Positions 59,101-63,999 of a stretch of DNA of 64,000 nt are shown here, in pieces. The DNA lies in the IMG/VR virus record IMGVR_UViG_3300036770_003657, positions 62,001-126,000 of that record; one strand, written 5' to 3'. The notes below the pieces were generated by a model. It saw only the letters and a list, made by a program, of their open reading frames with translations. It was not told the origin of the DNA and made no database searches. The stretch's first letter is position 1. Every line of letters starts with the position of its first letter. The translations under genes were made by a program, and so were the position numbers.

Positions 59101-61172
59101 ATACTAAGGCAGTTACTCAAGAGCAAAAAGCAGCTACCATTGGAGCACTATACTTTATTAAGAAGTCAGTGTCCGTGGCATTAGATGATGATGCTGATGT
59201 AGCAGATGCAAGTGTAACTATAGCACGTCAACTAATGGACTTAATAATAGATATTCTAGACAGAGGTCCAGCAGTAGTGCCAGGTGATGTAGCTAAACTA
59301 GCTCCTCCATATCAGTCAGAAGTTGTTACAATAACTGCTACTGCTAATACACAAGCAGTATCAACTATATTAAACAACAAGGCATTTATTAAGGCTGAAG
59401 TACGTTCGTTCTTAGACAGAAACTACAGTGAATTAGATTATGACAAGATTAAGTGTGAAAGAGATGTGGATTATATCTTAGACGCACTACGTTATGATCT
59501 AGCATTTGCTGCTGCTAGTGATCAAGCAAATAGTGAAACACGCGAAGCAGGTCTAGCATATTGGAAAGGAAATGCAGGTATTACATTGGGCACACACCCA
59601 AGTAATATCGATGATCCAGACTTTGATGGAGTAACTACTGGTAATGAAAATGAGCAAGATGCTACTGTGGATGCATATACAGAATTAGCAAATATCATTG
59701 AAGCTATATTAAACAATAGTTACACAGCTACTCAAACAGTGGTATCAAAAGGTACTTATGTAAGTGGTGCTAATGCTGCTAGTACTGTAGCTAAAGACTT
59801 AATTCTTAATATTAAGAATATGGTTGCTGCTACAAGTTTAGCAGGTGCTGAAGCTGTGATTCCAACAGCTGATATAAGATATCCAGCACCAGCAGGTGAC
59901 ACTGATGTTAATGATGTATTAGCATTAGATGTTGGTACTAATCTAAAAGCAACACTACCAGCACTAACTACTACAGAAATTACAGCAGCATTTGCTACAC
60001 AGTTCTTCGTGTATAACAAAACTAAGTGTGCTCGTGATGTTGGATTTATTGTAGAGGCTCTAGCATTTGATGCACTGTATGGTGGTAACAAAGAATCTAG
60101 AGTTGCTGCTGATCAATATGCTTACAAAGGTGGTTTAGTAATACCTGTAGCTACAAAAGGACCAACAGTTGGTGGCTTCGCTAGACTAAAAGCAATCATA
60201 GATGATATTGTAGCAGGTGATGCAGTTACAGCGACTACTGGAGTTATAGAAGCACAGCAAGGAACTAGCAATCCAAGTACTTTAACTGGTGTAAGTGATC
60301 TAGTTCAAATTACCATAGATGTACTAAATGGTAAAGCATTACCTGCTCTAGTAGATCCAACATTCAGTGCTGTAACTGGTTACAAACCAGACAACTTAGT
60401 AGTACGTAGCATTGTGCGTGATAGTAGTCCAAGAATAGCAGCAGAGACTATTACATACATCAATGAAACATATGCTGGATTTGGTTATCTACAAGATACT
60501 TGTAAGCGTGACATCGGTCTAACCTGCGATGCTATGGCTTATGACTTGATCTATGGTGGTAATAGTAGAACTAAGTTTGCTGCTGAACAGTATTACAGTG
60601 GTGGTCGTTTCCAGATCCCAGCTGATAGTAAGAGTGCTACAGTGGCCAGCTTTGAGTATCTAGGTGCATTGATCAGAAAAGTAATTAAGAATGAGGCAAT
60701 TATCACATTCCAAAACTTTGTTGATCAAGACAAGAGCAATGAGCAGGCTACAAATAGTGAAGTTGCTAATGTGGCAGCATTGACAGATGCGTTTACAGAT
60801 ATCTTAACAAATGGTTACATCAGTGTACTACAACTTGATGCAACATTTAATGGTAGTGTAGATGATAACACATATGCTACATTCCACCAGGTAAGTACTA
60901 TTACAACAACTGGTCACACACTAGAATGGGTTGGAACTGGTATTGACGTAGATAGTGCTTTACCATACAACGGCGGTGTACCAAAACCAGAGAATCAATT
61001 GGTTAGCGAGAAGGGCGGATTTATTAACTTCACCAGTACAGATGAAAAAGGTGACTTTAGAATTGGTCCAGACTTAACAATCAAGCGTGACTCAGGTAGT
61101 ATCGTAGGTAGAGCGTTTAACAAGAGCTTGTTAGGAGTTGTAACACCATACATCCTAGCACTACAAGGTTAA
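41124..61172 (+). CDS. Giant virion-associated protein: fibre-type N-terminus, beta-helix, and 34 phycobiliprotein/globin-like repeats
   Basis: 6682 aa. The N-terminus IRFKRSDIPGKVP..GELALNTADGKLF is a fibre-attachment (Mtd-N-like) motif. LYVAKNGDDSNSG..AFLTLKKAL starts a pectate-lyase-like beta-helix. Repeats of KC.RD...I.DA..YD follow. Confidence 0.8.
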   Translation: MSTNIRFKRSDIPGKVPSLESIDLGELALNTADGKLFMKQEIKAPPGVAAIQKIIEIGATEVPNVLYVAKNGDDSNSGRTLGQAFLTLKKALSIATPGTTIFLKSGEYIEDNPLRVPARVSVVGDNLRNTTVRPKNPTKDIFWVYNGAYIFCMNFKGHIAPSAAVCFPPDGSAGEIVTSPYTQAVTSITTTGTGMRVDGALTTGLRSMVCDAFTQYNQGGIGIHMLNRGNTQLVSIFTICCDISFMCENGGFCSVNLSNSSFGNYGLVSRGASEPLYRGVVKKSAGRQITFKNLARRPNIGDGVLFADYNQRTCDRDNGLVVDSLAFDLLYEGTTQSTFSGLRYWKKDDITTGIEQQEQTAAAIKRAQTVARAVVKDVAFTSPSNSVQQVLSAALGISVGSDTAKRIITEEFDIISKIVADGPNSPALIIGPDLDAAEPEYKKLREQVLDRKAQIVDETITFLKTNYPTLAYVTSKCKRDVDLIIEAVIDDMIFGTNYKTIKATLSYLKATVNEYNVPENQRVATIEAYKFARDRIVPLVQEDATLLARVQANFEIVTKGLEQDAAAPNARGATFIKNLLDPSNADYGLVFPAQQDTDADVVNLVTNLQENKNFVIAEVIDYINKNWPEVVRYGYSETTCSRDLGYAIDAICYDIIYGGNSQTLDAAKRYYNYASGLSELRSSEEVPATIDAFGRAQLLAQRVVIKDEIEATSNATQVINGLTATTQTQVNKLGGLFSVLLKQLETSTVGTSDFIQPNGMRLDDEGLDNAYALLQANKAFIRNDVVNYLSRAYPGFDYDRVKCARDVDYIVDSVCFDLVHGGNRQAVTAGIYYYDFNEETNVLKSVVPNQIKQTVNAYKYMKELLRDVLTCSPVPNPWQGNVPQITDLPAATGSEVVAVGNLIDIINEILQEGPNNTEDSIQRIKQPIGLTASSDPNKIRAFNLLMANRQFIRAEMIAYINQNWYTISDGDTQFARVNTATDLTLGTTTTGYPTVTYQPSLYKSIRDAVLAAKEDIKTETIKFMANSFFDNFSFNKPKCYRDVGLILDAILSDMIFGSNYKTVTAAISYLRAYASEVVGAQKVQTVASLKAAKDITLRRIVTPAAKEEISTRFDIVINILDGARVNDLGEITTNATVDGVSYTQLSGYASALNYPIPVRNNEEDIDRYTAVNILRDNMAFIKEEIVSYIDANFTLNEFDREKCARDVGFIVDALGYDLVFVSNFRAISAGRSYLRANSAKVSGSQKLATLGSFRYLKKLVTELVKGNNLAVNSVQRGMDIIIDILDKGEEATPKYMIPFPATGRSVEYKRARDLVQKNREFIIDDVLTYINTPGLELLPGEVEFKLLTASTSNGITTKTFFTDGTFTVSYTQTETRVVLAVGDLVRVSGRLFGTSNIDGFSSPATYKVASKTDSNLEGDPAKPATTEFKLVNLDGSAVTTFGGPTGKTTTMRFEQVKAANYADPAGFDIRKCRRDLELILDAVYYDTTYGGTLESEVAGKSYVAGALSQLDPLGGQGDEVYATLRAYNYLKSLISTVAQDIVWVPTVGNTTTQVRSPNGSDGSATAAKEMETCIKLIIKLIDDSVTESPAFTDLTTVTSAPSTDWCDPALVKAQKALQAGKEVTKEQVTDFVDENYVLFGYDRDKCARDVGYVIEAVRYDMLFNSNFRSIVAGRSYYRAMSSVVVKDQKTATLASFQHLKDKLLEIVKPVNPDNPTTAESVSVQRVTRSMNIILDILENGIAVEPTILLTEPTGGTGNAYASADRAQLRDDIQANRVTIEDALITWIDGQTVTGQPFEGVTYNETACRRDVEYILDALIYDLTYGGELETTVAARAYYGGTTDINLALGSDEVALTLAAYAQLKTIIDSNSAASVTPTNDLIDIIIDYINTGTEVAAATPDFSWVDNGIRVFNDKLALTATVNKLKMSVTDFVDLNFAYNRDKCYRDVGFLIDALCYDLLYGGNVDTTQAAIAYFDGAVTPKSTIPKQIIQTVAAYERLKEVLDQVVQLKDVTPSGNQFEAKARATASMDLVIKLVKDGPAFTPKKPFLMPAPTSGANCAADADWLNATKMISANRAFLTAEVTAFIKATYPSLVYNQVKCERDVDLIIDAVLYDLTYGGKVATTLAAEAYYEGTSDTLSGVAITGTAGQFSCTSTKLTVGDTVKITGTLGGTGTITGYATGDVYKISVTNGSTTFTLVNLDDTAIVTTAGTPTGLTYTHGQLPASLSGELTESLAAYTYLGDLLELVAAGEKVATSARDTYQNIVVQRVGVGDANGDAATRAGALVKTVLNRIIDGDADTTAAAIAGPSTAWVDEKLVALSNAIDNATFRSDVKAEVNTLLTTKFDIGYTGTQKTQCEQDIDAVIDAVRFDVMFGSNYRSQLAGNAYYRGFSGLANVLGAQKDGSVATFELVKDAILEKVALYTVEQDKGGQAGSTAAGDAAYDLIQLIIDDLNDDGVTETEALVDWVDLDLQDLNDILIDSKTGANGADDLPQLVTDYIDNRYEGSLTYNQADCQEDIRSIIDAVRFDMMFNSNFRTITAARAYFRAQASKVVGEQKAATIEAFKFLKEKLSAIVITSAQAVERVQDRMDLLIRIVDKGEKAIPAYVLPSPTGYNTSRAGTVSFGYARNLIETNREFLKAEVLKFIRTDASTNTLNFNETKCLRDLDLILDAVYYDMTYGGNMESIIAAGAYYLGATAGDITGDQTAAITGDDVAATIDAYERLRDMIKLVAEGKDVSDLQIIFPQVQGDAGSTAGAQTAKNLAYVIRNLVNQEGSFKVTAPTLAQPSIGWVPAALRQPNDLIVLMQTSDTASGAYVGRASIQSQVTEWVRLQLNAANFNAAPSAIADPGSGPLAQYFDDNGITAVGNWTDWFVLIPVTAIVSGQTYKIADLGTTTTWANHAASGNTSAVGDEFVANGTAGTGDGKVVRVLKASQMEPGKRYKIKDAGDTNWNTYSTSIITATSGNTFIANEDAPPTASGTEGTVYEMFTYDITKCERDVQLILEAVRYDMMFDTSFRTATAARSYWRQQANNALSTGSTALSVYPQKEQSTLLFTFMKSVLQTLPAKYPNKALSDLGEGQIPGIVNGSTAYTRIGKLMDYIIGAVGAANLAAVNALLPAKPYSLPLPAGGTNNSSDANFRAARDLIELNRNFIKAEVIAWIDQQKREEREGFQQAEFNFNRSECAEDIDLILDAIYYDLTYGGNMESYTAGLAYYSGIGIESLPADEREATIRAYNYMGMLLYDVARNQLTTSYQTALEQVKGTAGSIETSRRLGELVDIVINVVKGGPKQVPLRVDPDFLAGDETLAFVRIAVQEQKQELQARIADYIDSFILQYNTEKCARDVGLILDAAMYDLVLNSNFQSVTAGSVYLQKAANVVYSTQIGPQLQAIKFIRDQVIRISQTPPLVKNEDAIGRITNLFDTMFDIIDKGVEVAPPIVNIPPVGAAFNPNAVNAANSIIANKEFLKEEVVAYITANYKTYDQSRCSRDVGLIIDAALYDLLLDTNYNSVKAGLAYRRATSSLVLTDQLLETLGGIDFAKQRVVELLDDADAIASVTRSFELISSIIGGGSVPTSRVPLPGSSVYALSRPSGSNYRDPAFQTAATALRDAKATLQTAVTAWINSQINGASVGSTWDGFTYDATKQAKCEEDVGYIIDAVAYDLIYGGNMESLNAGLAYYTATADESLPSNDEIQNTIAAYTYLADQVRTTVNAEFTLEPDTDALSAIEAQNLVLGIRNLIDSRANAVATPSIPSQVWVDPLLQEINQTFIQEKKRLQDVVIDYVNEIDRYTDGAISVPADYDKDKCRRDVGLVLDAVRYDMMFGTNFRTIVAGRSYRRALAASGLIGGAQATANLSAFKELKERVLGKKLVGVEITGTGGTFTCTAPVTDRDAPLVVNQPVRVSGVYATGAGTIGTPGTDSEFSNIATQPKTYYIIATNGTTSFTLSAEVGGAAIATTTGDGGAASAGGLTFEIRPSLESLDEVTTQGLLDTLTADAEDPDTPLVVGREYKIISQGKTTVPAGEFIVGGQYKILQVGDVGQVGTTDYTTTGVIPGTSTPATNTVGLVFQATSTGIGTGQAIYYTDYTLFGARNNDVGTVFVATGSPSSATGGSGQVKSVSFRERAERLFDLFLAILDSDTVAIEALGYDVDTDFDVPAKQGLRPTTQLNGGINNSTTTITVDSNVEYPTAGILLIGTEEITYTGKSGTTGFTGVARGANSTTAAAHADNAVVTCLNPSYYLLTPPELETTDFDNTSDYNDAVAAQTARITARNQINAARQSLEDDLITWIDAQVAANAGDGAGNFGTAFEAYWIANSYEKRTKCREDIKFILDAITYDLTYGGNQETVVAGKAYYDGTVLSVDKLATIDAYTHFKTLLATVAGANSGDDETVTKLVDDLISYIDPKIEDLRQVDADTSWVDSELYVFSDKLKAAANTVAKATTDYVTANFAGLSYDVATCQRDVKLVIDAVRWDMMFNSNFRTIVAARSYYRIQAATVVGAQKEASQKAFEVVKVALDDLVKSDSVAQARVSALMDIVINLLAAVDETAALATLPAISTPYGGTPNASNIGYLNARDRIARNRDFIVDEMSEWLDDQNYTFPAYDKTVCLRDIELVLDAVAYDLTYGGNMASVEAGKAYYAGAVLPNTTGTDHVDATKAAFAHLRNIIEDVALNNTITPTTGVTVTYVQDDQSKETADDAQAGAKVVDLVDIVITWVDSNSGTAEFRPSTNWVDNNLALIASTMLDRKESLGLQVTDFIDAEYPTLFADSDTAAGEDPGYSKDKCKRDVGLVTEAVRWDMMFATNFRSWTAGRAYYRQAENLLADGLASQGQKEASLAGYRFLKGLLATIAGNNVTASNRIKTAMNVVIDTLEYGPTTRNAYDARLVKAVELIDANKDALIATMTTWLQDGAQSLTDGVSFGTNYSEEKCIRDLGYLIDAIKYDLTYGGNMETVTAGLAYYDGVVLQGGVGNTQPGDASHIAKTQEAFTYLGTQIAALATMPASMADKVAALITDVNQSIRTADENLVIGKQYKIISVGDTDWNTVAGTTGVTYVAGDIVKVAAVGAGTGYATLVNNEVKADASWAESSLQELAVTMRLQQTAIKAQVTDYVEDKFPGLMTEAQKVKCARDAGLLIDAVRWDMLFNSNFRSITAGRAYYRTVLALVADALAGINQKQASVAAFTFLKGILQGIVASNAIAYERVTANMDIILEIIENGLGDQASPAITYGAVADAQRQAAHDNLIDNIPFLKQEIIKYVDATFDNIEYDEVKCARDVELITTAVAYDMVTGSNYQTVTAARGYLRSYASDVITEAKQKHITLLAFKYLKNLLTNYVGGNTAAKNSITANMDTIINTVYDAHQSTVTAVTASNDTFTTNDTSWMEVDTAIVFGGTLIGGVTGGTTYYVKSVESATEFTISATQGGATFDVASDASGSMAVKKVQTFNVIIPTASVTVSDDQTTLNTYLTNNTNIETLVTTGINNSGGYGSAANADICKRDIRLLVQALAFDLTYGGNWASITAAKSYRDGTNALNIPSGEATNTNTAFNAVRDKIKTDTSLDTATDTRIDTLVAYVTGVIGSATYATPAIVYPELLGSDNALEAARNVLISNIVNAKAKVIRYVNDRAYFQYDVLKCERDIGFILDAVAIDVATGSNYLSVQAGISYLRANATNAVAAPQKWAILAGLNAAKQILAARVITNQAAVSAIRAKLSVVIDIINDGVAPSVTLNGSDQVTAENTTGSPYVSLSYPTTVTGGVVGSITVQNRIDAATTLRTGTSGSDLIRWIVINEVLNAVNGTAAAGTYDKAKCARDVALILDALAHDLLYGGNYASVRVANSYYAGTANQLGSNPDEIAAITTALTEVKNRLDNYAPFIGTGIETRLDTLVDLIENVIDTGSTSAELAGLVVELPTAAIQASALESAYDTLVAAKEAMTYEILDSINSRPFLVYDQAKCESDVETILDALRYDIMLGSNFKSIRAGQAYLRSYTKAVTQEQKAATIGALYFIKKSVSVALDDDADVADASVTIARQLMDLIIDILDRGPAVVPGDVAKLAPPYQSEVVTITATANTQAVSTILNNKAFIKAEVRSFLDRNYSELDYDKIKCERDVDYILDALRYDLAFAAASDQANSETREAGLAYWKGNAGITLGTHPSNIDDPDFDGVTTGNENEQDATVDAYTELANIIEAILNNSYTATQTVVSKGTYVSGANAASTVAKDLILNIKNMVAATSLAGAEAVIPTADIRYPAPAGDTDVNDVLALDVGTNLKATLPALTTTEITAAFATQFFVYNKTKCARDVGFIVEALAFDALYGGNKESRVAADQYAYKGGLVIPVATKGPTVGGFARLKAIIDDIVAGDAVTATTGVIEAQQGTSNPSTLTGVSDLVQITIDVLNGKALPALVDPTFSAVTGYKPDNLVVRSIVRDSSPRIAAETITYINETYAGFGYLQDTCKRDIGLTCDAMAYDLIYGGNSRTKFAAEQYYSGGRFQIPADSKSATVASFEYLGALIRKVIKNEAIITFQNFVDQDKSNEQATNSEVANVAALTDAFTDILTNGYISVLQLDATFNGSVDDNTYATFHQVSTITTTGHTLEWVGTGIDVDSALPYNGGVPKPENQLVSEKGGFINFTSTDEKGDFRIGPDLTIKRDSGSIVGRAFNKSLLGVVTPYILALQG
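42050..60600 (+). repeat. 34 protein-level repeats with invariant Cys and Asp (C-x-x-D; 28 are C-x-R-D)
   Basis: Counted by hand from the translation. First Cys codon at 42063, last at 60501. Confidence 0.9.
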
Positions 61173-61184
61173 TAGGTGAAAACA

Positions 61185-61216
61185 GTTACTTACCTGTGAG
61201 GACGCAGGTAAGTAAC
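61185..61216. other. 12-bp perfect intergenic hairpin
   Basis: GTTACTTACCTG-tgaggacg-CAGGTAAGTAAC, with no U-tract. Confidence 0.7.
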
Positions 61217-61241
61217 AACATAAAAAGGAAAGGATTAAAGA

Positions 61242-61580
61242 ATGGCAACAGTACCCTTAAATGCGTTTAAAACAGTTACAGCAAGCGTGACAGCAAGCCC
61301 AACAAATATCTACACAACACCAGCTGGTGTAACAGGTATTATTCTTGGTACACAAGTTACAAATATTACTGATGCAACCAGTGCAGCATTCACAGCCTGG
61401 CATGTCAGAGGAGTTGTATCAAGTGAATTAGTTAATGATTTTGAAATTCCAAACAGCGATGCTATTAGCTTTGTTGCAGGTAAGTTAGTTTTAGAATCAG
61501 GTGACAGTCTTCGTGTACAAGGCAGTCAAAATGGAGCACTTAAAGTAACATTAAGTATTCTAGAATCAGCAAACGATTAA
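61242..61580 (+). CDS. Small virion structural protein
   Basis: 112 aa with IYTTPAGVTGIILGTQVTN...GKLVLESGDSLRV...VTLSILE, a motif set common in T4-like structural clusters. Confidence 0.7.
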   Translation: MATVPLNAFKTVTASVTASPTNIYTTPAGVTGIILGTQVTNITDATSAAFTAWHVRGVVSSELVNDFEIPNSDAISFVAGKLVLESGDSLRVQGSQNGALKVTLSILESAND

Positions 61581-61617
61581 TAGTCAAGCAATTGACACAG
61601 GATAAGGATAGATAAAA

Positions 61618-62613
61618 ATGGCAGCTCAAGCTAAAGTTGAATTATTTAGTGGTCGTGTAAAGAAAGTCGCAGCCCGCGACATTATGACCAAAGGTTATGG
61701 TACAGGAGATTCAAGATATGAAGTCCGTACACCAGGAGAACCAAAGTCAAGTGGCTACTTAAAATTAAGTGAGGCAGAACCAAACTTATTTGTACCATGG
61801 CGTAGTGTTAATCCAGAAACAAATATAGCCACAGATCAAAACCCAAGAGATGTTTTAGAAGTTGCAACCAAAGTAGCTTATGTATTACCAGACGGTACTG
61901 ATATATCACCACCTAATCAAACATTAAGAGCAATGCTTCTTTCTGACCAGTGGGGAAATAGAACTTGGAGTAATAAAATTGCTTTAGATGCTAATGACAA
62001 TATGATTATTAATAGTAATCTATTTGTTAATGGTACTACAGTTGAAGTTAATACAGTTCAAACTACAATTGATGACCCAATCATTACTATTGGTGGTGAT
62101 GCTCCTGCTACAGACACTAATGGTCAAACTGATCGTGGTATTGAATTCCGTTGGTGGGATCCTCTAGCTCTTGATGGACAAGGTGCAGCTAAAACAGGTT
62201 TCTTTGGTTTTAAAGCCAGCACACGTACTTTTACATTCATCCCAAGTGGTCGTAATGAAAATGAAATTTTTATTGGTGATAGCGGTACAAGTGAAGGTGC
62301 TTTTGAAGTTCCAAACTTACAGACTGAAAATATTACCACAGCTCTTAATCAGAACCTAAGAATAGCACCAAGTGGTACTGGTACTGTAGTTATTGAAAGT
62401 GCTATTACACAAGGTACTTGGCAAGCTGATGTAATTGATGTTGCTTATGGTGGTACTGGTCGTGTAGAATTACCAGAAGGCGGTATATTATTTGGTAATA
62501 ATGATGGTCCAGTAGGTGTTACAAATCCAGCACTAGCTAATGGTAGTTTATTACAAAGTGATTTAGGGGGCAGACCATACTTTAGTAACATAGTAGATTG
62601 CGGAACATACTAA
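61618..62613 (+). CDS. Fibre-like virion protein
   Basis: 331 aa with DDPIITIGG..DRGIEFRW and IDVAYGGTG; ends VDCGTY. Confidence 0.7.
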   Translation: MAAQAKVELFSGRVKKVAARDIMTKGYGTGDSRYEVRTPGEPKSSGYLKLSEAEPNLFVPWRSVNPETNIATDQNPRDVLEVATKVAYVLPDGTDISPPNQTLRAMLLSDQWGNRTWSNKIALDANDNMIINSNLFVNGTTVEVNTVQTTIDDPIITIGGDAPATDTNGQTDRGIEFRWWDPLALDGQGAAKTGFFGFKASTRTFTFIPSGRNENEIFIGDSGTSEGAFEVPNLQTENITTALNQNLRIAPSGTGTVVIESAITQGTWQADVIDVAYGGTGRVELPEGGILFGNNDGPVGVTNPALANGSLLQSDLGGRPYFSNIVDCGTY

Positions 62614-62624
62614 CCAAAATTTGT

Positions 62625-62630
62625 TAAATA
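62625..62630 (+). promoter_or_regulatory. Late promoter TAAATA
   Basis: 127 nt upstream of the ATG at 62758. Confidence 0.55.
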
Positions 62631-62757
62631 GTCTGTAAAGGCTTTTTAGTTAAGAGTTGATATGAAACGTGATTCATTATCTATTATCCTGAACAAAAAA
62701 GGGTCTGTAAAAGGCCCATTTTTGTATGTAGCGACAGAAAGGAGGCAGGGGTTCTAA

Positions 62758-63999
62758 ATGGCAGCGCAACAACGAGTAGAACTCTTTAGTGGCCGTGTAA
62801 AAAAGGTCAAGCCTACACAAGTCAGCGAACAACGCTACGACTTTTTAAAGTTAAGTGAAGCAGAACCAGATCTAGGTGTACCTGAAACTACAGACAGTGC
62901 CGATGTAAGACGTATATTGCTTACTGATAAGAATGGCAAACGCTATTGGAGTGACACTGTACAAATTGATGATAACGGTGATTTACAAAGTAGTGGTCAA
63001 ATACAGGCAGACGCTTTCCATACTGAACGATTAGAAGTAACAGATTCAGGACTTAATGCTAGATTTGTTGGTGAAGATATTAATCTTACAACAAATGGTA
63101 ACTTGCAAACCACTGGACTAGTTAAATTTAATAGTGCAATGGGCGTAAACATAGGTAACCCAGATCAAGGTGCTCTAGTAAGTAGAGCAGTTGCAATGAA
63201 TACAGCCACGCCTGTATCAAGAGGAATGGCACAAATGAATTTTATATTAGGTAAATTAGTACCTAAACCACCCCCAAACTTTCCTAAACTTAAAAATGGA
63301 ACTGATCAAACATTAGCTATACAAAATGTTAATAGTTATAGGATGTGTGATTTTGTTCAAACTGATAACACAAGCAGTAATCGTAATGTAGCAGGTGGTA
63401 CTACAGTAACCGTAGTTAGAAGAGCTGCTACTTATGAAACAAATTATATTAATAATTGTGGCCCAGGTGACAGAGGCACAGTAACAATTTATAAAAATGA
63501 TGTTGCTAGTGGCAGTAAAGCGTTAACAGATGGTCTAGTAGAAGATGAAGATGATACATCACCTAACTACTTATTGGGAACAGATAACGGTTTATACAGT
63601 AATTTACGCATAGCTGATGATAAAGATTATGCTCTGACAGCAGATCCAGCTATTGCTCCACTATTTTGGCAGACTTTTGATGCCAGAGCTGAGGGTACAG
63701 TAACAGAAGGATGGAATGAAGTATACATTGAACACGATCAATTGTTTACAGATCCTGTAACAACTGGAACAACTAATCTAGCTTATTGGTATTATGATGC
63801 TAGCACACCTGGCGTTCCAGTATTTTCTTCAGTTACCTTTACACCAAACGGTAGTCCTACGCTATCATATAGTAGTACTATTCCACATTATGCTAATGCT
63901 ACATCATTTACTTTAGGTTTTGATATTAGTAAACTAAGCGGTGATATGTATCCGACTAGCAATACCTTTATTACCAGTGCAGCAGGTGGTGCGTTTGAT
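62758..63999 (+). CDS. Fibre/virion protein, paralog of 36482-39286, truncated at the right edge of the window
   Basis: Not in the ORF track. AGGAGG RBS, then MAAQQRVELFSGRVKKVKPTQ. In frame at 63661-63900 it reads GWNEVYIEH...WYYDASTPGVPVFSSVTFT...YSSTIPHY. Confidence 0.8.
   Translation, partial: MAAQQRVELFSGRVKKVKPTQVSEQRYDFLKLSEAEPDLGVPETTDSADVRRILLTDKNGKRYWSDTVQIDDNGDLQSSGQIQADAFHTERLEVTDSGLNARFVGEDINLTTNGNLQTTGLVKFNSAMGVNIGNPDQGALVSRAVAMNTATPVSRGMAQMNFILGKLVPKPPPNFPKLKNGTDQTLAIQNVNSYRMCDFVQTDNTSSNRNVAGGTTVTVVRRAATYETNYINNCGPGDRGTVTIYKNDVASGSKALTDGLVEDEDDTSPNYLLGTDNGLYSNLRIADDKDYALTADPAIAPLFWQTFDARAEGTVTEGWNEVYIEHDQLFTDPVTTGTTNLAYWYYDASTPGVPVFSSVTFTPNGSPTLSYSSTIPHYANATSFTLGFDISKLSGDMYPTSNTFITSAAGGAFD

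Noticed and set aside
551-60091. The many short (60-141 aa) ORFs in the track lying antisense to, or out of frame within, long genes (for example 6716-7066, 28736-29065, 40312-40737, 59756-60091)
   Set aside because: They are shadow ORFs of AT-rich or repetitive coding sequence, fully nested in well-supported genes, with no RBS or motifs noted.
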